From NCBI RefSeq assembly GCF_963921235.1, contig NC_086119.1, positions 12,400,001 through 12,464,000 on the forward strand: a DNA stretch of 64,000 nucleotides. The letters run 5' to 3'. A model generated the notes under the pieces. That model saw only the letters and a list, made by a program, of their open reading frames with translations, made no database searches and was not told the DNA's origin. The position numbers and the translations under genes are program-made. Every line of letters starts with the position of its first letter. Within the stretch, counting starts at the first letter, position 1. Positions 13,917 through 25,492 of the stretch are shown here, piece by piece. Origin of the DNA: Mobula hypostoma (taxonomy: Eukaryota).

Positions 13917-15412
13917 TTGGGAGCTTAAGGTAAAGAGCCCTTAAGAACCAGTGATCACAATATGATTGTGTTCAACTTCAAATTTGATAGAGAGAAAGTA
14001 AAGTCTGATGTAGCAGTACTTCAGTGGAGTAAGGGAAATTACAGTGGTACGAGAGAGGAGTTGGTCAAAGTAAATTGGAAGGAGCTGCTGGCAGGGATGT
14101 CAGCAGAGCAGCAATGGCATGTGATTCTGGGAAAAATGAGGAAGGTGCAGGACATGTGCATTCCAAAAATGAACAAACACTCAATGGTAAAATAGTACAG
14201 CCGTGGCTGACAAGGGAAGTCAAAGCTATTGTAAAAGCAAAAGAAAGGGCATACAACAAAGCAAAAATTAGTGGGAAGATAGAAGATTGGGAAGATTTTT
14301 AAAACCTACAGACAGCAACTAAAAAAATCACTAGGAGGGAAAATATGAAATATGAAAGCAAGCTAGCAAATAATATCAAAGTGGATAGTTGAAGTTTTTC
14401 AAGTATGTTAAAAATAAAAGAGAAATGGGAGTGGACATAGGACTGCTAGAAAATGAGGCAGGAGAGATAATAACGGGAGACAAGGAGATGGCTGATGAAC
14501 TAAATGAGTATTTTGCGTCATTCTTCACTGTGGACACTAGCAATATGCCTGATGTAGTGTGTGAAGGAAGAGAAGAAGGTGCAGTTACTATTACAAGAGA
14601 GAAGGTGCTCAAAAAGCTCAAAGATCTAAAGGTACATAAGTCACCCAGACCAGAGGAACTGCATCCTAGGGTTCTGAAAGAGGTAGCATTACAGATTGTG
14701 GTGGCATTAGAAATGATCTTTCAAAAATCATTGTATTTGGGTGTCGTGCCAGAGGACTGGAAAATTGCAAATGTTACTCCACTCTTTAAGAAAGAGCGAA
14801 GGAAATTACAGACCAGTTAGCCTGACCTCAGTGGTAGAGAAGACGTTGGAGTCAATTGTTAAGGATGAGGTGATGGAGTACCTGGTGATAAAGGGCAAGA
14901 TAGGACAAAGTCAGCATGGTTTCCTTCAGGGAAAATCCTGCCTGACAAACCTGTTGGAATTCTTTGAGGAGATTACAAGTAGGATAGATAAAGAGGATGC
15001 AGTGGATGTTGTATATTTGGACTTTCAGAAGGCCTTTGACAGGGTGCCACATATGAGGCTGCTTACCAAGTTAAGGGCCCATGGTATTACAGGAAAATTA
15101 CTAACATGGTTAGAGCATTGGCTGATCAGTAGTAAAGATTAAGCAACTGATTGGAGTCAGAACACAATCACAAACTTTGTATCATGTCAGTGCAAGATTG
15201 TTTACCTGAAAGGAGTTTCAATATGGATCTTTTCCCCTATTTCCCTTGAAATGTGGACAACACAAGTCACGCATTAAACTCAACCCCCCACTTAATGAAT
15301 GCCAGGAACTGGGGTTGAGGAGGAGATTTAAAAAAAAGATCAGCCATGATTGAATGGTGGAGCAGACTCGATGGGCCAGATGGCCTAATTCTGCTCCTAT
15401 GTCTTATGGTCT
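13917..15412 (+). mobile_element. CR1-clade LINE ORF2 fragment; the internal part is replaced by a 170-bp foreign segment
   Basis: ORFs 13962, 14389 and 14741 give PEDWKIANVTPLFKK, NYRPVSLTS, SQHGF, SCLTNLLEFFE and VDVVYLDFQKAFD. The CR1 3' end ...ctgctcctatgtcttatggtct resumes at ~15302. Confidence 0.9.
15132..15301 (+). repeat. 170-bp dispersed direct duplication of 18544-18713
   Basis: Base-by-base comparison gives 169/170 identity (one C/T difference). Confidence 0.95.
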
Positions 15413-18400
15413 CTATAGTCATTAGTATGTACATTTATGCATATACAGGAATTTATTTTCTTTTTCTCAGTGTCAACCTCACCATCAATTTCCACACCAT
15501 AAAAGCAATTTCTATAGATTTCATTTTGGACAACTTAATTGATTCAAATTTGTGCCAGGAGCCAGGATTATTTTCATGATTTTTCTCTGTAGCATTCTCT
15601 AAATTCACTTTTACCCTTTCACCATATTTATGCATCAAATTGAACAAATATGCTACCATACTACTCTGTGACATCAAAATTACATATAATGAAATCTATT
15701 ATTTAGTCCAAACCATTACTGGTGTCGATTTACTCATTTGCTAGTATCCTTGTATTCACATTCCCTCATATCAATAGCCTTCTGTTCACATAGTCAGCCA
15801 TGCATTCCACAAGACAACACCCTGTTAAAGAATCTCCGGCCCAAATCTTTTGAAATTCAATCACATTTCAGCATCCTTTAGTTCTAGATCCTTCTGAACT
15901 ACTGATGAAAAAGAATTCTCCATTTTTTTTCCTTTAGACATAAACTTGGCCTATCAAATGCATACCAAATATCAGAGCAATCTTATCAATCCCACTGGCC
16001 CATTTATTTCCATGTTACCTTTCATCTGCCCATCAACTCATGTCAAATTCTCCTGTCATCCATTTATAGTTTCCAATTAACCCACCAGTCGGTCTTTGGG
16101 AGATGGGAGGACACCCGATGGAAGGTGATGACTACTCCTCACAGGTAGCCCCTTTGGTCAGTATGTCATAGCCATACTTTATTGATCCCGGGGGAAATTG
16201 ATTTTCGTTAATAATAAATAAATAATAAATAGTAATAGAACCATAAATAGTTAAATAGTAATATGTAAATTATGCCAGTAAATTATGAAATAAGTCCAGG
16301 ACCAGCCTATTGGCTCAGGGTGTCTGACCCTCCAAGGGAGGAGTTGTAAAGTTTGTGGCCACAGGCAGGAATGACTTCCTATGACGCAGTGGACTATGGA
16401 ACCCAGGTCACTAGTCATGGCTTACTCTGACTTGTGCTCTTTGTTTCCCATCCTGATGAAGGGTTCTCAGCGCAAAATGTCAACTGTTTACCTACAGTCT
16501 CATGTGCCCATCATCTTTTCCATAGATGCTGCCTGGCCTGCTGAATTCCTCCAGCATTTTGTGTCATGTTGCTTTGGATTTCCAGCATCTGCAGAATTTC
16601 TCAAGTTTGCCACGGGTCATAGTCATATGCCTCCGACAAATTCCCAGCCAGGAATCCACCCATGATCATGCCCAGGAAGAATATAAAGTAACTTGCTTTT
16701 GGGGAAGGAGGGGTTGAGAGAGACAATGAGTTGCAGATGCTCAAACAATTAAGGCAAAAATTTGAGAGATTTGCTGCCTGACTTAAATATTAATCTGCAG
16801 AAGTAGCATTGAACACATCAATAACTTGCAACTCAAGATGAGCCAAACTATTGATCCTTTGCAAGACAATCCTGATTGTCTCTGTAGGCTCCAGCCAAGC
16901 AAGCAACAAAAACAAATTTACAGCCATAAAATTAAGCTTCATTTTATAAGAAGCAAAATCATGAAGGTTAGCAAATTCAAAACAACATTCATATTGGCTC
17001 ATTAACGTGGAACATATATTACTCCTGTCAAACTGCACTTAGTAACTTTGATCTGTCTAGATTACTGCCCTGTATTCAGGAAGCTTGAAGCCTGGAGTGA
17101 AAAACTAGAAAGACAGAGCTAGTTTACATGTAGCAAACAAAACATTTTACTGTATTTTTTGATGTACATGTCTCCAACAAAACTAATTTCTAGTATCAAC
17201 TTGGCTAAAGGAAGCTAAAACAAAAACTAGGAATTGTGGATGTCTAGAACAGTAAAAGTGCTACAGTCAGAATAACCTCCTAGCTTATAGCTTGCATAGA
17301 GCAAGTCTGTGGTGTTCCTGTTCTACTCATCATAACTAACACTAATGCCCAAGGGTAATTGTAACTTTGGCCTTCAGATCTAATCACTGGATTTCAGCAT
17401 CAGATTCTCAAATTTACAAATAGGTCTTCACAAACTTATGGGGAAATGTGTATATAGATATCAATAATGTGCACAACAAGTAAAGCACAGAGTTATTCCT
17501 AATGTTAGATTTTACTGCTGTTCCTTACTTGGGTAGCAAAATTCAAAGATTCAGTGCAGTACTTTGAAAATGTACTGCAACTGTGTGAACAATAAGCACC
17601 CACAAATAGTTTGCTGAATTGTTTTCAATATGAAACAGAGTACAGTAATGTGATACAGTGACACTAATGCATTCCATTCACTAAGCTATGTTATTCAATT
17701 AATAAAATGCAGAGCTGCAAGACATCCAGAAAAGTGACAAAAAAAGCAACACTAACAGAGTAATTAAAGTCACAAGCAAGTCATAGTCAGCCAAATCACG
17801 AGGGAGCTACTTGGATTTTACTCTCCTTCAAAGTATTCCATAGTTGGAATAGTGTCAAGTCAAGCCATAATATAAAATAATATTCTCATTAAAAGTACAG
17901 TATTTCTCTACAGAAGAGAACAAAAAATTGTGATCAATTGATAATAATATCTTCATTTCTGTTATAAAAAATACAGAATGGACCAAAATTACACTTTGAA
18001 AGTTGACAGAATTATACAAAGAACAAGGCTGCTGAAGCTAAAATAATTATAAATATACTTATTCAAGCCTTAGTTAGGGCTGCATTAGAGACAGATTAAA
18101 AGCCCCTTTGAGCATAGCTTTCCAGGTAGTTTTCGAACCAGTCAAAGAGATGCAAAGGATGATTTAGTGCTGATGAATCAGTGGTAGCAAAAAGATGGCG
18201 TATCTTGCAATTAAATTCCACAACATTTAAGGTCCATCACTTGAGTACCTGTTTACATAAAGTTGGCTCCACCATCCCCAATATGGATAAACATGGCCTC
18301 TGTTCACACATTTCTAAAATCATTAATTTTGTATGAATATAAAAGGGGGTAAGAGGCTTTCAAGCAAAAAGGTGAGGTATTCAAACATTTGTCTGAGAAA

Positions 18401-19574
18401 AGTTGTAAGGGATGCAACCACTGTTTTCTAAGCTACGATTTGATGATCTATTACTTTGCTGTAATTAAAGGATTTGATTGTGAAAAGCATGTTTCCTGTC
18501 TGACCTCTGTTCAAGCAACTTGCTTGTGCTAAACATTGAACGGGTAAAGATTAAGCAACTGATTGGAGTCAGAACACAATCACAAACTTTGTATCATGTC
18601 AGTGCAAGATTGTTTACCTGAAAGGAGTTTCAATATGGATCTTTTCCCCTATTTCCCTTGAAATGTGGACAACACAAGTCACGCATTAAACTCAATCCCC
18701 CACTTAATGAATGAATTTTGTCACTTTAATTCAGGCAAGTTAACCAGTGACAATTTCTTTCCATGGGGCTTTAATGAAGCAGTTAAGTTTTCCTAACGAT
18801 CCTTCATCTTTTAGGTCTTTTTGTGTGTGAGGCTGACTGTTTTAAAAAAAATATATCACTTTGGCAATCTGCCACAGTGAGAAATGAATCTTCAGACACC
18901 AGGCTGTGAAACTGACTTGCATAGTGCATTTCTTGATTTCAAGATCTCTGAAAGCACTGAAACATCGTAACCTGCAACCATATTCACTGCTTTGATATAT
19001 GAAATATGGTGGGGGGGGGGGGCAATTTACACAAAAGCAGGAATGTGACAATGGCCAGATGATCAGGTTTCTGTTACCTTGGGCATTATGAATCATTATG
19101 AATGCTGATCAGGGGACCTGGAAAAGCTCCTTTATTCTCATCTTAAATCATGTCATGAAATCATTTGAAGTCCACATCTGAGGGTCAGCAGTTTAATGAC
19201 CTATCTGTGAGGCAGCTATGTTAAGAGAATAATATTTCACTGGAGCCTCAGCTGAGATTTTCATGCTTGCACAGTGAAAACTGAATTCAGCAACTTCAGA
19301 CTTGCAAGCAAGGACACTATTATTGAGCTATTGAACATGAATCTCAGGAGTAACAGATATGGTTAGGTTACTTGACTGAACTTGATCTGGAGACATATGG
19401 ACAAATCCCACTGTGACAGATAAGGAATCCAGTGCACTTGGAATTAAAAGCTAGTTCCAGAAATCATGAAATCAGCAGGTTGTCATAAAAACTTATCTGG
19501 TTCACTTATGTCTGCTGAGGAATGAGATTTTCATCTGGTCTGACCTATACTTGATTCCAGGTACACCAACGTGA

Positions 19575-20025
19575 TTATCTCCAGAAGGACCACAACCTTG
19601 GCATAGGGTTTGGATACTTGTATGCCTCAATGACCCAGAGAGCGATGTTGGCTGGAATCAGCTTTCACTCTTGATAAGATTGCCCATGCCAAACAAGTCA
19701 ATGGGCAGAGGCAGAGTGGTCCACTGGTCCTCCAGGGTCAAGGGTTCAGCTCAGGGCTAACAACCCTGACTGGTCAAACAAAATTGTTACGGAAACAGCA
19801 AACAAGAATCCTTCTGTATCTATGTGTGACGGTATCCCTGAGTCTCCATCTGGGACTTGCATGACTGATAGTAGTGAAAACTGAGAGAAAACTATTGGCA
19901 TGATGAAGGAAGCCCAGAACACCTCCAAGACCAAGACCAAAATTGGTTTTGATGGCCAAGGACAGACAGAGTTCGAGGACCTTCATTGCTGCCCTAAACG
20001 CTAGCGGTGTAACGGGCTGTAAGAG
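19575..20025 (+). mobile_element. Non-autonomous RTE-like element (5'UTR fused to 3' end)
   Basis: Contains the RTE-type 5'UTR motif ggtcctcc...gggctaacaaccc and the 3' end atggccaaggacagacagag...gctgccctaaacgc...gtaag. Boundaries approximate. Confidence 0.5.
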
Positions 20026-21023
20026 ATCAGCCTCTGAGATAGCCGAGCAAGTTGATCTACTTAAGGAACTCAGTAAATACCACCTTTACTAGCAACGTTT
20101 GCATTCAGTGAGGAAATGAGAAAGCCACAAGACACAAACTTCTTGGTTTATTCTACCAATGCACATGACTTTTTTTTTAAAATTTCAGTTGTATCTCGTT
20201 TTTTTGGTTTTAGGGGAGATGTTAAACGAAAAAGTAAAAAGGTACACTAAACTCAGCAGACTCCATCACTTACCAAACAAGTCCTAACGAAAATTATATG
20301 AACATATATTAGGAGCTGGAGTAGGCCATTCTGGCTCTCAGGCTTGATGTGCTATCTCAGCTTATTTGACTGAAACCTCAAATCACATTTCCTTCCATTC
20401 AACTAACCTTGCACCCCCTTGTTTATCAAGTTCCAGTCTGTACCTGCCTGGAAAACTCATTCGAAGGCTGCTTCCATCATGCCCTGAATAAGGGAGTTTG
20501 AAAAACTCATGCTGCTCATCAAAAAAAAAAGAGTCACCTCATCTGTGTTAAATATGTGACTCACTTGTCAAAAGTGACACCCAGTTGGAGGCCCTCCCAA
20601 AATGGGACACATAATTTCACATCCGCTCTATCAAAACCTTTCAGTATCTGGTACATTTCAAATGAGTCCCTTCTCAGATGCAGCCCTAGCTGGTCCATCT
20701 TATCCTCATAAGATAACCTGGACACTCAAGGTGCTTTGTTTCTGAACTAGTTATAATACATTAACACATTTTCTTAAATAAGGATGTGAATACTGTTCAG
20801 GGTGCTGCAGATAAGGTTTCACCAGTGCCCTATAGAACAGAAGCATGACCTCCCTACTTACATTTTCAACTCTCCTTGCACACATTTTAAAAACTGTCAG
20901 CTTTCTCAATTAGTTGCTGTACTAATATATTAGCCTTTGGTAGATGAGCAGGAGGATACACAAATATCTCAGCATCTCAGTGCTCTGTTATCACCCACCA
21001 CGTAGATAATTTGTTCCAACACA

Positions 21024-21620
21024 TCCTCCCTGTCGGTTCGTTAAGATTGTTATTCTGAAGAAGGTAGTGGGGATTAGCTCCCACTACCTATTAAATGTTC
21101 CCTGTGGCGTACTTCTCAAAGAGCCTCTGACGACCAAGTTTAGCTTTTGGTTTTTACATGTGGCTCAGCTACTGAGCCTGGCAGAACCATTTCTACCGAC
21201 AGGAGAAGGGGCCAGTTATTGGTACCTTAAAACCAGTGACTTCAGGCAGATGGGGCTCGTCAGTCATGGTTCACAGATCACCTAGGAGGAGAAAAGCCTT
21301 GATCTCAAACCTCCGCTGCCTTGTGGCTCCAGCCACTCATGGGAAAGGCTTCGGGAGTAAACCAAGAGGAAAAGTCCAGAGCTGGAGTCACTAAGGCAGT
21401 CCTTCGGTGAGTTCAACTGTGACTGGCAACTCCTGCAACGCTGCTGGTGCCCAACTGTATCGGTCTCTGCCAACCCTTTGGATTCATCAGCTGCATGGGG
21501 AGAAGGAGCCTGCTCCACAGGCAACAGCTTGCTCTCCATATTGTACTACCCTGGCTTACGTATCATGTAGACAGCAAGGATGCAATATCTATGGTCAAAC
21601 CCGACTAACAGTAGGCCTCA
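21024..21620 (+). mobile_element. Structured repeat, probably derived from an RTE 5'UTR
   Basis: GC-richer island with hairpin ggtagtggg/cccactacc and long-range pairing cctgtcggt/accgacagg. Family assignment is tentative. Confidence 0.4.
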
Positions 21621-23037
21621 ATTATCTTCCCTGTTAAAATTGATAATCTCACACTTTCCAAAAATATATTTTATTTGCCAGATCTTTGCCCACTTGTTTA
21701 ACCTAGCTTTATCCCCTTGAATCCCCCCTACGACCTCATCACAACTAAATTTCCTACCTATCTTTATGTCAAAATCTGCAATCATATCTTTGGAGCCTTT
21801 ATCAAAGTAACGTAAAAGTTAAGGGCCCATCACCAATCCTTTGGTCATACTACCGGTTACATCTTGCCAACCAGCAAAGACCCTCCCTGTATGTTGTTTT
21901 AGCCCATTAGAAACAGAGTAATACAGCATGGAACAAGCCCTTCATCCCAATAAGTCATTGATCAAATGACATTGATCAAATAGGTAGTCCCTGTTTCCTG
22001 CATTCAACCCATTTCCCTCAAGGCTACTCCCCTCAATGTGTACCTATCCAAGTGCTTCTTAAACGATACTATCTCAACCACTTCCTCTGGCAGCTTGTTC
22101 CATATACTCACCATACTTGCCATGAAGAAGGTGTCCCTCAGGACACCTTTAAAAGTTTCCCCTCTCATCCTAGCTGTATGCCCCTTAGTTTTAGACCAAA
22201 CCCACCCCCCCCCCAAACTGGGAAAAAGTTTTCTACCATCTATCTTATCTATGCCTCGTATAACTTTAAACACTTCTGAAGGAGAATCACCCCTCATTTC
22301 CCTACATTCCAAGGAATAAAGAATAACATAGCTAGCCTCTCCACATAACTTGGGCCCTCTGGTCCCAGCAACATCCTTGCAAATCTCTTCTCCACACTTT
22401 CCGATTTAACTACTTCTTACCTATAACAAGATGAACAAAATTGTACACAGTACTCCAAGTGAAGTCTCCCCAATGCAACACAACTGCAACATAAAGCCCC
22501 AACTCCGATACTCAGTGCCCTCAAATGATCCATTGTTCTACTGCTATCTGCAACCACAATATAAACTTTTACTTTCCAAGCTGCACCTTATCAAATGAAT
22601 TGTGAAAACTTCAAGCACAAATAGTCAAATCTAGGTGCACATGTTACTTCTCCAAAGAACCCCAATGGTCAAGAGTTATTTCCTTTTAATAAAACCACAC
22701 TCACTTTTTCTGATTACCTTGAATTTCAGGATTAGATTAGATTTATTATCACTGACATACATCATGATATTTGTTGTTTTGTGACAACAGTACAGTGCAG
22801 AGATAAAATTACTATAAGTCACAAAAATTATAAATAGCGCAAAAGAGGAATAGCAAGGTAGTGTTCACGGGTTCCTGAACCATTCAGAAATCTGTTGGTG
22901 GAGGAGTAAAAACTGTTCCTAAAACAACACGTGTGGGTTTTCAGGCTTCTCTACCTCCTCCCTGCTGGCAGTAATGAGAAGGGGGCTGCCTCAGATGAGG
23001 TCCTTAATACTGACTTCTAATGGCACCACCTTTAGAA

Positions 23038-23796
23038 CAGCAGTCCCCAACCACCGGGCCGCGGACCGGTACCAGTCCGCAAAGCATGTGCTACCGGGCC
23101 GCGAGGAAACGATACGAGTCAGCTGCACCTTTCCTCATTCCCTGTCACGCACTGTTGAACTTGAACATAGGGTTGCCAACTGTCCCTTATTTGCCGGGAC
23201 ATCCCGTATATTGGGCTAAATTGATTTGTCCCGGTTTGCTAAGGTAGAGCGTTCCTATGAAACCTTCTGTGCCAAAATGGCGTAAAGCGAAGAAGCAATT
23301 ACCATTAATTTATATGGGAAAAATTTTTTATCGTTCCCAGGCCCAAAAAATAACCTAACAAATCATTCTAAATAACACATAAAACCAAAAATAATTAACA
23401 CTAACATATAGTAAAAGCAGGAATGATATGATAAATACACAGCCTACATAAAGTAGAAATAATGTATGTACAGTATAGTCGGGAAGATGAAGGCAAAACC
23501 GATTTGTGGGGGGAAAATAAATCGGCACGTACACGCATGTGCACATCGCATGCGCACACAGGTGCCCGCTCAAGGCATCATGGTCATGGTAGTCTTTCCT
23601 GGGGTAAAGTGTCCCAGGATTTGACTGTTACTTTTGTCCGTTATTTGAGAGTGAGAAAGCTGGCAACCCTAACTGTAAAAGACATGTTGAGGTGAATTTA
23701 ACCCGATTTGAACCCCCTCCCCCCCAATTGGCCGGTCCGCAAGAATATTATCAATATTAAACCGGTCCACGGTGCAAAAAAGGTTGGGGACCCCTG
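23038..23796. mobile_element. hAT (Charlie/Buster-type) non-autonomous DNA transposon
   Basis: TIRs cagcagtccccaacc / ggttggggacccctg. Perfect 8-bp TSD ctttagaa at 23030-23037 and 23797-23804. CpGs are retained, so probably young. Has an internal TIR pair tagggttgcca / tggcaacccta at 23168-23671. Confidence 0.9.
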
Positions 23797-25301
23797 CTTT
23801 AGAAGATGTTCCCAGTGGTGGGGAGGCTTGTGCCCATGATGGGGCTGACTGAGTCTACAACTCTCTGCGGCTTCGTGATCCTGTGCAGTGGAGCAGCCAT
23901 ACCAGGTGGTGATACAACCAGACAGAATGCTCTCCAATGTTTATCTATAGAAATGTGCTGAGATCTTTGGTGACATACCAAATTTCCTCAAACTCCTACT
24001 TAAGTATAGGCACTGGTGTACTTGCATCAATATAAGGGCCCAGGGTAGATCCTGTGAGATGGTGACTCCCAGGAACTTGAAGCTGATCACTCTTTCCACT
24101 GCTGACAGCTCAAAGAGAATTGGTGTACATTCTCCCAACTTCCCCAACCTGAAGTCCACAATCAATTCCTTGCTTTTGCTGATGTTGAGTGTGGAAAGAG
24201 TAGAGTAGTAGGCCAAGCACGCATCCTTGATATGCACCTATGCTGGTTGTTAAATCTTTCCAAGCTCCCTAGTAAAATATCTTCAATGATGTCTTCTAAC
24301 ATTTTCTATACTTCTGACGTTCAGCTAACTGGTTTCTCTCTCCTTCTCCCTTTTTTGAATAAAGGAGTCACATTTGTTATTTTCTAATCTAATATCAACT
24401 TCCTAGAATCTAAGGAATGTTGGAAATTTACTACATTAACAGTTACTTCTTTTAAGACCCTGGAATGACACCCATCAGGATCTGAAATTTATTTGTTCAC
24501 AAGTCCAATTTATATGTTCTTAGTACCACTTCCCTGATGTCTGTCATTTTCCTTTATGTCCGCCCTCCTTCTAAACCACAACTTACAACTATTTCTGGGA
24601 AGTTGCTTATATCCTCTGCAGTAAATACTCCTGCCAAATTCCTGTTTAATCCATCTGCAATTTCCTTGTTTTCCTTTATTAATTCCACAACAGGAGAAAG
24701 GAATTGGTTGCGGTACTTATGATCCTAAGGGGTCATGAAAGGGTGGATGAGGACAGCATGTTTGCTCATTTGTGATCCTTTCCACAACACAAATGCTCAC
24801 TTTGTTAAACGCCTTTCTTTCTAAAGACATCTATCGAAATTCTTAACATCTCTTTTTTATATTTCTAACTTTATTTCAATCTTCTCTATTAATTTTTCAT
24901 AATTTTTAAAGAAAGAATACATTATCCAGTTAATACGTTATCTGCTGCTCATGTTTATTCAATTGTATGCATTTTTAGTTTTATTGTTTAATAGCACAGC
25001 CGTTTGTCACTGTAAATTTACTAAGCTTGGAATCCGAACTGAAGATCCTCCTGCTCAAGTCCAGTTGACAACTGGGACTTCATCATAAATATTCTTATGG
25101 AAATAATTTTTAAGTCAATGATCTAACAAATAGCCCAAGTATAAAATAGTGGAAGCCACAGCATCAGTAATTAAGTGATTCTATTCAATGTGCTTAATAA
25201 ATTCAACAACAATTTTTCACTGATTTTCAAATTATTTGCTCATCAAAACAGAAGTTCTTCTACGTTTGCTACTGTGACTTGAACGAGCACATTGCACTGA
25301 C

Positions 25302-25492
25302 CTGGTGGAGATACGGCTGAAGACAGCATTGAAATTATTACAACTCAGAGAGAAGAGAACCCCAGAAGCAGAGTTACGGAGCTGAGCTATGAGCGGGTTT
25401 CCTTCACGGGACATGTGGATGAACTGGCAAATTTCTGGCAACAGCTGTTTTACCAGCATGGTCTCATCGAGCCGCATCGTATCCTTAGGCTG
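25302..25492 (-). CDS. NF1: Neurofibromin 1, coding exon 4 (QPKDTMRLDETMLVKQLLPEICQFIHMSREGNPLIAQLRNSASGVLFSLSCNNFNAVFSRISTR)
   Basis: ORF 25232..25477(-) matches neurofibromin. Acceptor ttctttggtAG|CAG, donor AG|GTCAGT, 191 bp ending in phase 2. Confidence 0.97.

Noticed and set aside
25232-25301. C-terminal extension of ORF 25232..25477 (SVQCARSS...)
   Set aside because: This is read-through past the GT donor at 25301; similarity to neurofibromin stops at the splice site.
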